Source: Chrysomallon squamiferum (lineage: Eukaryota > Animalia > Mollusca). Taken from it: a stretch of 64,000 bases of DNA. Positions 14,501-25,138 of this stretch are shown here, piece after piece; position 1 is the stretch's first letter; each line of letters opens with the position of its first letter. Made by a program: the position numbers and the translations under genes. The DNA lies in the NCBI GenBank assembly GCA_012295275.1, contig CM022670.1:31248001-31312000 (forward strand), read 5' to 3'. The notes beneath the pieces were generated by a model. The model was not told where the DNA came from, ran no database searches, and was given only the letters and a program-made list of their open reading frames with translations.

Positions 14501-17500
14501 CATTATGGACTGAATAAGAGGTACAACAACAAAAAAAGAAAAAAAAAAGAATAAAAATAAAACATTTATAAATTAAAATATAAAAATTATTGATTGAAAC
14601 CTGAAGAAAAGCAAACAGAATATGTGTTTCAGTACATAATTTAAAATATTTATGCAAATGCTATAATAATATCTTTAAAGATTAAATAAAATAGTTAACT
14701 GTTCAATTCAGAACTTATCATTTATTCAGATACCTGTATTTTTAAAAAGATTATAACTCAGTTTATTTAATCAGAAAGGAACAATTTTTTACAATTAAAA
14801 TTATTAAAATTTTAAGGATACACAACTTCAAACTCTCCTCCCATATACTGGTCAATGAAACTGCTTGAAGACTGCAACAAAAAAATATTGCATCAAGTAA
14901 AAAAAAAAATGTTTTAAAATAAATGAATTTAAAAAGAAAGGTCACTAAAGGTAACCATTTTTAATTTCTAATATGGGAATGTGAAAGAAAGAAAAACAAA
15001 TGAAAACAGAATATTTTCAGTATTCAGATAAATGCTCTGTCTGAGAAAGAAATAAAAAGATGCTATATTTATGAAATAATGAAATGAAAAAAATGTAATA
15101 TATACGGGTCATTCCATGTCAAATCACCCCCAAAAAAAGAAATTTAAACCCGACCGTCTCAGATTTTTATGAAACTTGGTATACTTGTTGACTGGGGTCC
15201 CACAGCACCAAATCTGAAATATTAGCCCAATCAGACCAGTGGTGTGGGAGATATGGCCCACCGAATTTTGAGATTTTTCACAAAAATGGGCGTGACCACC
15301 AACCTTTGAACCCTCATATCTCAGGAACTACTAGGCCAATCTTCATAAAATTGGTATTGTTGAAAAGGCAATGTGACCAGGATTCCAAATCTGCCATTTT
15401 TGTTCAGTTTGGAAAATATTGGGGTACATTTACCTTTTGACTTTTGCTATGACCTTGAAATTGACTGTGTGGATCACGTGACCTTGAGATGGAATTTAGT
15501 AAGGTAATTATTTTATAATTATTGCTATTGTTATTGCTGTTATTATTAGTTTTGTTACTATTATTGTTGTATTTTGGTGTTGCTGTTTTTGTTGTTGTTG
15601 TTATTATTATTATTATTATTGCTAAAATTATACACCTATCCTACAGATTTAACTCTCCAACTTCCCTCTCTCAGATATTTCTACAACTTTCTAACAGTAA
15701 ATAACAATTATCTATCAATTAACCAAGATCAACAGAGTATTTTTTTTATTAAACTTTAAAAGATTATGTTGCAATTTGAATAAAATTAAAATAAACAGTA
15801 ATAACAAACAATAATAAAATACTGTACATTAACAAGAGTAGGCATAATCCTGGAAGGAAAAAAAAAAAATCACTTATAAAAACTGAATATGTCTTTTAAA
15901 AACAAACAGTAATAAGAAAATCAAATATAATGAAAGAATAATTCCTGCTAAAGCTTAAAGATCTAAGAAAAACAGATTTCAGTATTTCTGGTCCATTTAA
16001 TTAAGCAATGGCTTAGTTTGGTTTAGACAATAATAATTAACAGGGATTTAAAAACAAGAAAATTAATAAGCAATTGATAAGAAACAAGGGAAAGTTCTGT
16101 CAAATGAATTGAAGGAGGAAATAGTCCAGTTTTATGAAAGTGACGAGAACAGTAGAATATGTCCGGGAATGAAGGATACAGTGAGCATTTGAAACAGATG
16201 GTGAGAAGGTTAAGCATCAGAAACACCTAGTTCTCTCAAATTTATGTGAACTTTATGCAAACATGTAGCCCTACAATGTCTTACTTGGTGATAAAAAGAG
16301 ATGGCGATTCCTAACATCCAGAATTGATCATTCAGGTTTTAGTTAATCAGATGTTAATGGCTGAAAAGGTGTTATTTTCATGTATGTGCATTTTTAAAAT
16401 CTATATTGTGGCTAAACAAAAAATATTACACCCAGGAAACTTTTATATGTTTTAGTTAACATGTGGGAGATTAAATTTCAATAAATGTCATCTCAAGGTC
16501 ACGTGATCCACACGGTCAATTTCAAGGTCATAGCAAAGGTCAAAAGGTAAATGTACCCCAATATTTTCCAAACTGAACAAAAATGGCAGATTTGGAATCC
16601 TGGTCATATTGCCTTTTCAACAGTACCAATTTTATGAAGATTGGCCTAGTAGTTCCTGAGATATGAGGGTTCAAAGGTTGGAGATCACGCCCATTTTTGT
16701 CAAAAATCTCAAAATTCGATCGCCTTATCTCATACACCACTGATTCGATTGGGCTAATATTTCAGATTTGGTGCTGTGGGATCCCAGTCAACAAGTATAC
16801 CAAGTTTGATAAAAATCTGAGATGGTCAGGTTTAACCCATGTCGGGTTTGACACGGAATGACACATACCCATTATTCACATATATATTTATCTATTATAT
16901 GTATATAAAATAAACAGTTGCTGTATTTACAAAATAAAGAAACAAAAATGTTATTTTATATAGAAATTTTGGAATTTAGTATTATTTCACATATTTTTTT
17001 CTGTTTTTTTTTTCTTCTTTATTTTGAGAAAAGAAAGATCTGGATTAACCACATTATTTCTCAAGACATTTTATGAGCATATTCTTACATAAATTATTTC
17101 ACTGTAATCAAATACTCACAGGAGTTCCTTCACTATTCTGTGCTGGCAGTTTCTGCTGCAGACTTCTCACAATTTCAGTCCAACATTCATTTGCATCCTG
17201 ACAAAACAAACAAAAACAAATTACATTAATCTATATAAATCATCTAAATTCCTATAAACCTAAAACTCTCAACACATGACAATATTTATTACACCTACTC
17301 ACAAACAATCCATTCATTTTTTAAAATATAAATTTTGCTTAGTCTTTTAATGAATAGTTATTCAGCAAAAGATTATTAAAACAAAATATCATATAAAACC
17401 TGTTGTTGGAATCCACCATGTTCTCCTTTCTCAGCAAAGCGTGGGAACGCCATGTGAAGAACTTGTAAAAAGATTATTGGAGGAATAGAAGTTCCAGAAC

Positions 17501-20500
17501 GATCCATGGAATTATAGAGATCCCTTAGTGCTGAAATACCAATTATTTACATACAATTTAATTTTTAATATGTAAAAAATATTAAAAAGAAATCTTTATT
17601 TTTGCTCAGTAAAATGTGGGTATGCCATGTGAAGAATTTATAAAAAGATTTTATGAGGAACTGAATTACTGAGATATGTTAATGCTGAAATAATAAACAG
17701 TAATTGGTAAAATGACATACTTATCTTATTATTATCATACTTGCACACACACACATATAAAAGAAGTATTTATTTTTATTTAGTGAAGCATAGGAACACT
17801 ATGTGAAAAACTTAATCTGTTTATTTCTTTATGCAGTAAATAGAAATAATATTTACCAGCTAGATATGTAATTAATACAAATTAATTTATTATAAAACCA
17901 ATTATAGTTATTATTATTAATTTAAAGTTAATTATTTATAGAAATAACAAAATATTTGCTATGAAAAATATTCTACTCTTTCCTTTAAACAATTAATTTA
18001 TGAATTAAGTTGTATGTGAATAAACATACCAGCAGTTATAGAATCAGCAGGGGCTATGGCACCACCAACAGTCAGACCACCAGAATAACTAAACAAACAA
18101 ATTAATTATATGCATCTTAAAGATTATATATTGAAAACATCGCAAGCTACAAATATAATATTAATTTATTCATTTTAAAATATTTCAGCCTATTAAAATT
18201 TATATTTCTTTAAAATTAATTACATAAGTGGTTTTTGTAACCTCAAAACAACAACTAATGTGTTTTCAGAGGGTTTTTTTAGGAAGGGGTAGGCAATTTT
18301 TTTGATCCATTCTATTAAGACTTTTTCAAATGGGTATAACACATCAAAAACAAAATTAGAAATATTAAATTAAGCAATTGTAATTAATGAAAATTGTAAA
18401 GAAATATACTAACTTTTTAAGTGCTTCTTTTAATTCTGGTATAGCCCTTAACCATTGAACAACACTGTTCATGTAACACGTGTTTCCTAGATTTGTCAAA
18501 CCTGATGGCATAGCAAGCTATAACAAATAAAAAAAATTATATAAAAGTCTGGAGAATGTGTAACTTCAAAAAGAAGTGTATAAAAATTTAGGCAGAGAAT
18601 TCAACAGTCAAGTTTTATGAATACATTTGCAAGCATCCTTTGCTTAAATACTATTACCATCCTTCAGATGAGTATGAATTAATTCCTTTAACAGCAAATT
18701 CTGCAAAATCACAGGTGTATCTCAGGAAGCCAGGAAAACGCTATAAAAGTATGGATCTGCATAATCATAGTGGAGAGTACACTGACATTATCTTCCTGCT
18801 ATATTAATTATTGTTTTCCTCACTTACTGCAGTAGCAAGCTGTTGTTCTGTCATGTCTTCCATAAATGTTGGTCTTTCTGTGGGTTCCTTTGGCAGCTCA
18901 TCAGCTGTGCCCATCATAAGAAGTGTAATTCCCTGACAAAAACATAAAACATTGAAACAAATGTAAAAGGTTAATGGGTCATTCCATGTCAAATTTTAGC
19001 CCAATCTGACCAGTGGTGTGTGACACTGAATGACCCAAATAATAAATAAGTAAATAAAACATATGTAAAAGAAAATATACCCATTTTACAAATTACTTAT
19101 ACTTATAAAAAGAGCAAAATATTAACATAATGGAAAAGAATGCTAACTAACCTTTAATATTTTATTTGTTTTAACTACAGATTATATATCAACTTTTATA
19201 TAAATAATCTTACATCCTTCAGTTTAAGATGTCCCCAGTCATCATCCTGAAAAATAAAAAATAATAATAATAAAGAGCAAGTTTTAATTTTCTTTTTATC
19301 TTTCTTACCTTTTTTATTTTTATTTCTTCATCTTCTTTTTGATATCAACAAAGTTCTTGTGAATTTTAATTTGACACTGCAGTAAATTGTGACATTCATT
19401 ACATATGACATTTTTATATTTAAGCCTGTTTCAAAGCAGTGTTTCTGTTTGCCATAAATTTAAAAACTAGAGGTTTTATTTAATGAAGAAAAAATAATTA
19501 CCTTCAAAACAGACCCTTTGATCATTACTTTTTGTCTATCAGGTTGTACCCCTGACAGGGCAAATAACTGTGCTTTGAAAACCACTGGAGGTTCATCGGT
19601 GTTGCATTCAATATCACTGAACTTTTCTTTTCCCCATTTAACACTAACTGCAAATAGATAAATAATAGAAAAAAACATCATAATGTAGGTATGTGTATTA
19701 CTGCCGGAACTGTGTCCGCCATTTTCTGCTATATCCGTGTGACCTGAATCTCCCCAATGGCGAGTGGTGTCTCTGCGTAAATCGCTTCTCATTAGTCAGG
19801 GGCTGGGAGTTTCGGTTATCCCTGACGGTATAATTAGCGGGAAATTCCCGTATACTCACTCGTTTTTGAATTTTTCAGTTCGGTCAATTGGTTCATTTCG
19901 GAAGAGAGTTCGAATTTTTTTTTCGTATTCAACACGTTAAAATCGGTCGTTTTCAATATCAGAGGATAATCTAAGGTAGATGGAGGCAAAGAACAATATT
20001 TAATTTTATTATATGTGAATTTATATTGAAATCTGACATAGCTGAGAAAAGTTACAAACGCTGGAAAGAGGATCTGTAACATCGAAATGGCTTCAAAATC
20101 AAACATGGCGGATGAAAATTCGAGTGAAACTGAAGTGATTTCTACCCTCGATTTCAGCTATGTTTGATACATGAGTGATAGAACAGATTGTGACGCTGTA
20201 TAAATATACGACTGTACTCTGTGTCATACTTTTATTACCCGATGGATTGTAAATGGACGATTGTGGATTTTGCGAGTGCCTTCAAGCCAATCGGTATGAA
20301 CTAATTTTGAAATTTAGTAATCATTATTATTATGTTGGCCTTCTTTTCGGGATGCCTAACTTGAAGTGGAAAAGAAAATCCCCCAATCCAAGGACTGGTA
20401 TAGCCAACCAACACTTGGAAGAGAACTTTCCCAATGGAATTCCAGTTTCTTTGGCAAATTTCTTAAATGGTCACATATTCAATATTGTTTATTTTTGTCT

Positions 20501-21648
20501 TTCGCTGCGAAAAAAGCCATGCGAAGACCTTTAGAGAACTTCAATCATATATCCCCAATAATATTACTGGTCATCAGAGAAATACAGTTTTGAATTATAT
20601 TACATCACAAATTCAGAAACTTGTTGACAACACTCTGAACAAGTTCAAGAAACTCAGTGACACTGTGGAATTCAATATGTTTGATTCCATTTGTCACGAA
20701 AGTTTTGATCACCTGAACTTGACCAGTACTATTTCCACAGTTATGTCATGTATTATCCAGCCAGTGGAAGTCCCTCAGGCTGATGAAGAAAATGCCATTG
20801 TTCTTCCCAGTACCAAGCCTGTTGCTGTGTCCCCACTGAAAACCAGGCAGATAAGAAAGTGCCATAACTGTGAGAGATATCATGAAAGTTTGCAATTTGC
20901 CAAACAGAAAATGAGAAACAGGATCTCTTAAAATCTGCTGTATTACTAATTATTTATATTGCACTTTTAATAGCTTATATTGAGAGAACTAGTTACCATC
21001 TATCTTCAGTCCAAATTTCACTAATAAAATTTGATTATTAAGAAAGTTACATGCATTTTAGTGAAAAACAATAGGATTTTGGTCACGACATTGTAATGCA
21101 AATGCATTAAATAATAGAACAATTAGTGTTAATTGAAAACGTTAAGATGCTGTAACTTCCTTAATACTCAACAGAATCACATGATGTTTGTTGTTTTTTA
21201 CAGGGTTTTTAGAGTTCTTTTCAGCAATGTTACTTATGTTGAATTTGGTGGTGATCGAATTTTTTGTCCACATACCTACATAATGATCATTAATGTCATT
21301 CTTGCACATTCTGTTCTTATTCTATATTTAGTCAAACAAACAAAAATGAATTTATTAATAAAACTAATTAAAAAATCAAAATAATATGAATACTGTATTC
21401 ATAATTAATGATTCAGTGATCACTCGACTCGTAAGACTACTAACTAAGAGTCGTATATTCTAATTCTATATTGCCATTATTGGTATAATAATAAACATCG
21501 TGACTTTGCGCGATCTCCATCCTATGCATTTCAGACTAAATATAGATCTATACGTTCATAACTGGCATTTCAGTTTCTGTAGTTTACTGCAAATGACAAT
21601 ATTTAAACTATATGCGAATGGCTATAGATTACCTTTATAACAAGGCAT
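8542..21648 (-). CDS. USP14: Ubiquitin carboxyl-terminal hydrolase 14, 18 coding exons, 487 aa
   Basis: Exons (minus): 21648-21633, 19647-19502, 19246-19214, 18932-18828, 18517-18414, 18088-18030, 17530-17400, 17197-17120, 14871-14822, 14425-14343, 13419-13388, 13185-13120, 12915-12823, 12578-12456, 12072-11991, 11653-11546, 11259-11185, 8621-8542. All introns are GT-AG with consistent phases; total 1464 nt. UBL domain VKWGKEKF...FKAQLFALSGVQPDRQKVMIKG, Cys box GLTNLGNTCYMN, QQDANECW, His box LTHKGRSSSSGHYVSWV, and LSGGGDWHCAYVLLY. Confidence 0.97.
8849..11110 (-). mobile_element. Decayed integrase-like transposon (KRBA2/SCAND3-type DDE integrase) in the last USP14 intron
   Basis: Frameshifted minus-strand peptides HISTGHSGQDQMLKEL...CQ, GQVDLVDMQSLPSGKYKWIMVYQDHLTKFC..RPLTSK, DNRSEF and RHHQSQGSVDLANLDIKDILVA*M. 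Degenerate ggcctaatg/cattaggcc repeats lie at both ends (~8850-8900 and ~11040-11095). Boundaries are approximate. Confidence 0.8.
10150..10952 (+). mobile_element. 5'-truncated non-LTR retrotransposon (RTE-X-like LINE 3' end)
   Basis: 10-bp target duplication actaatccct at 10140-10149 and 10953-10962. Relic peptides KAIYALKK...FDTYV...FYGSEIWGF, LYELGLGYIW and LTKVRLSAHQLAI*TGRY. The 3' end is aataaa followed by a gaattgaactgaac tail. Clade assignment is inferred. Confidence 0.78.
13587..14327 (-). mobile_element. Tigger-derived non-autonomous element (second copy)
   Basis: TA|cagtggtacctc...ttaccactg|TA termini; minus-strand relic [24 protein letters not shown]. Confidence 0.88.
14426..14821 (-). 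other. U12-type (minor spliceosome) GT-AG intron of USP14
   Basis: The minus-strand donor reads GTATCCTTAA. A U12-like branch site ATCCTTCAT lies about 9 nt upstream of the 3' exon boundary, and there is no polypyrimidine tract. Confidence 0.88.
15106..16864 (+). mobile_element. Sola2-like DNA transposon deletion derivative with ~390-bp TIRs
   Basis: Long inverted arms 15106-~15498 and ~16482-16864 begin gggtcattccatgtcaaa. A 4-bp TSD ATAC is at 15102-15105 and 16865-16868. The internal relic GKVLSNELKEEIVQFYESDENSRICPGMKDTVSI/ETDGEKVKHQKHLVLSNLCELYA lies at ~16090-16260. GRG termini, 4-bp TSD and long TIRs fit Sola2. Confidence 0.82.
18976..19036. mobile_element. 61-bp mini-derivative of the same Sola2-like family
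   Basis: Left end gggtcattccatgtcaaat, then the TIR-internal piece ttagcccaatctgaccagtggtgtg, then right end tgacactgaatgaccc; flanks are taat/aaat. Confidence 0.75.
19684..21280 (+). mobile_element. Unclassified TIR element with decayed unknown ORF in USP14 intron 1
   Basis: Inverted termini tgtaggtatgtg (19684-19695) and cacatacctaca (21269-21280) are both flanked by TAA. The left part is GC- and CpG-richer than the host intron. Frameshifted plus-strand ORF pieces lie at 20105-20931. Confidence 0.65.
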
Positions 21649-22523
21649 TGCAAAGACCAATAAACTACACAAATGTACAGTATCACAGGAAGTGGAAAAA
21701 TATACCGGAAATCTAACTCTGCGCTTGCTTCAAATACATCATGCAGTTAATTTACATACAGCTGGAAGCCAGGATTATCTCTGTATGAACATCAATAGAA
21801 TGTCCAGTAATTCTAAAAATTTCTACATACATATAAATTCTTGCCAAATTTAATTTTTTAAATATGCCACTAGGTTTTTTTTTTTTTTTTTTTATTGTAT
21901 ATTAAATGATATATCTACAAATTTAATCAAGTCCTCGCACAAGCTGTGGTGAGAAAATAATTTAATTCTGGAATTAACTGAATGAAATCATGTTATCTTC
22001 TCTTGTCTTGTTTAATCTGATCTAGTCTTACTTTAATAATACTACAGGTCTATTATATATAGCTATTGTGCCTTCGATTAGACAGTGAGTAGTAGTAGAA
22101 GTAGTTGTGATACTAGTAGTGGTGTTTTAGATATATTTGTTTTGCTCTCAGTGTTCTAGAAAAAAAACATAGTTACACAAGTGAAATATAAATTAGAATA
22201 TTTTGGGTTGTAACTATAAATGGCTAACCTTATTCCAGTAAATCAATTTCAATTTTTTCTTCTTTTTTTTTTTAAATAAAAATATATTTAACGGAAAGCT
22301 CAAAAGTTATTTTATTTATTATATTTTATTTCGGTTGTCATCTGCACGCTTGTTGATGACCTCAATTCATTTTGTCCGGACCTACAATATCAAAAGAATG
22401 TTCATCCGAGTTAACTAAGCTTGACAACGAAAGGGAGCGCTGTAGCGGTTGAGTGAATCTGTGGAGCATTCATTTTTTATGTGTCATGAAATAAATTCGT
22501 GTTTAAATATTACTGACAAAAAG
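21649..22523. promoter_or_regulatory. Putative bidirectional promoter of USP14 and RAB23, including the likely RAB23 non-coding exon 1 (donor aag|gtatgt at 22523/22524)
   Basis: The genes are head-to-head. ETS-like caggaagt and ccggaaat motifs lie at ~21685-21711. A CpG-richer stretch at 22330-22520 ends in a strong donor. Confidence 0.55.
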
Positions 22524-22916
22524 GTATGTTTATTTTGATTTAAATATTATGTGTCGGAACTGTTTTCAATCACAGGTTAATTCATTGCAGATGCATGCAG
22601 ACACTTTCAGAGTTGATGTAATTTTAAGATTGTTGTTTAGATCTTTCGAAAGTTTCTCTGCTCTGTTGGCTTTACAGTTTAATTGTGCTAAGCTTTAGTC
22701 TGTCTGCGTCAGAATTTATTTTAGTGGATTTTTATTATATTATATATAGTATATATATATATATATTGTTTGTGTGTGTGCTGAATTTCAAAAAAGTTAT
22801 GCATGTTCGATTGTGAAAATAAATCGGATCCTTATTGTAATTGTTATTCAAGTTATGGAAAAAATATAAGTTTAATAGTCGCTGTTATCAAATTATGATA
22901 CTTGAAAGTATTAACA

Positions 22917-22970
<54 letters not shown>

Positions 22971-24032
22971 GAAATTGTAATTTATTGTTAAACTTATTAT
23001 TTGTAAAGTAAATATACAGACACACTTGTTGTTAATCTTGTCTATAACAAATTCTTTACAAAAAGGGAAAAACATTTTCTCTTTTTAACTATTATTATTT
23101 ATTTAAATTAGGTGAATATTTTTCACAATGTTATTTTTGTTTTGATATGACGGAACACTGACTTAAAAATTATAAGCAGCTTTTTGTACATAGAGAAGAA
23201 TGAAAACAGTACAAGAATAATGTCTTACAGAGGATGAATTTTATCTTTATTTTTTTATTTCTAAATATATTATTTCAATACAGTATTAATAATTTTGTTC
23301 AAGTTAAATTAGTACATGTATAATAATAATAAGAGCATTCGGAGTCAGTTTTTATTTATTTATCAATTTACCTTTTTATTATTATTATTTTTTAACTTTT
23401 TATTTTTTATTTTTATTTGTTTATATTTTTTTATATATATATCGATAATGGAGTGGTTAGCAAATATGTTACTAAATATTGTTTTGATATAATAATTTAT
23501 TCAGAATGTATATATTAACTGTTTGGGGAGGTGTTACTAATCATATATACATGTATATTTACAATTACTCAAAATGTACTGACAAGCAACAGTAAAATGA
23601 TAATTCTTAAAGTTAAATCTAAATATTTCTGACAATTTATATTTAAGATTTGAATCTGTTTTTTATAATTCATGTCAGGTTTTGGATTCAGATTCAGAAA
23701 GATTTGTTCCTGTATGAAATATAATCCCATGTTGAATCATCTGTGAACTTACGATAAGAATCTTCCAAATATTTGTAAAATATGACCCTCTTTGTTTTGT
23801 ACATTTATCTTTGCTGCTATACAATTTACCCAGATTCATATCCTTTTGGCACATCAGTTTCTTTTTATCTTTCAGATCAGGCCCAATTATTACACAGCAC
23901 ATTAGCTGTGTGTGAATAACTTCATAGGTGCCTCAAAGCAAAAATTTCATTACACTGTCAACATATGTTTCTCAGAAATACTGCCCCTATGTTTTGCCAG
24001 GATAATTTGTTAATAGTTTGTAGCACCATACA

Positions 24033-25105
24033 ATGAGAGAAGAAGAAGTCGAGGTGGCCATCAAAGTGGTGGTAGTTGGCAATGGGGCCGTGGGGAAGTC
24101 CAGTATGATTCAGCGATACTGCAAGGGAATATTTACTAAAGATTATAAGAAAACTATTGGAGTGGATTTTCTTGAAAGGCAGATAGAGTAAGTACTTGAA
24201 ATAGTGTTTAAAATTTTGATTAACTTGTATAAAATTTTAATGAAAGGCAGACTGAGTAAGTGTTTAAACAAAAAATAAAAACGTTATTCATATAAATATT
24301 TACTGGAATAAATCTTTTTTTATTTCATTATTATTAAATTTTTTAAATTAATTTTTTTTTTTTTTAATATTTTTATAAATAGTATTATTTAGTTTTTTGT
24401 AGATAAAATTATACACACACACACATGTATATATTTATATTTATTAATTGTTTTAAAACTATTTTTGTCAGCATTGGTGCATTAACATCAGAGTATAACT
24501 AGAAGAATAATTAAATTTTAAATATTATATTTTTTTATCTATTATTACATGATATTTGTTAACCACATAGTAAATGCTAATGTATTTAAACCTTGATATA
24601 TATATGCACATACTGCATTCACAACACAATGTACATTTTCATGTGATGGATATTTTAAACATTTAATATTGATAGTAAAACATAAAATAAATAATTATAT
24701 ATTTATTTTGACATTTGACTGTTAATGACTTGTAAATATTGTGTAATAAATATATAGTGAGTCACTAAGTGTATATAGTTGCAGCATTTTGGAGAGACAT
24801 AATTTGCTTAAATACATTGGGAAAATGAAAACAGTCTGTAAGCTACTGCTAGTTTCACAGAGGTCACTACTATTTGGGTTATCTATATCAAAGTTTGCAG
24901 TACTTAGCCATTTTGCTTCTTAAGTTTAAAGTTGTTAATGACATTCATTTTAGTCGTTTGCTGCAAGTTTGCAAATTTCATTTTATATTCATGAGAATGT
25001 GTATCTGTTGTTGTTTTTTGTTACTGTAAACTTGTTTAATAATAAATACTGTTACTTCTGTACAAGAAAGATACTGTATAGCACAAGATAATAAAATTTA
25101 TAAAA

Positions 25106-25138
<33 letters not shown>

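Noticed and set aside
18640-18800. GC-richer patch in USP14 intron 4 considered as an intronic snoRNA
   Set aside because: No convincing C/D or H/ACA box pair with terminal stem on the sense (minus) strand.
19648-19792. N-terminal part of ORF 19460..19792 as the USP14 start
   Set aside because: It reads through intron and transposon sequence. The real start is the 16-nt exon at 21648-21633, which matches the known USP14 exon 1 size and phase.
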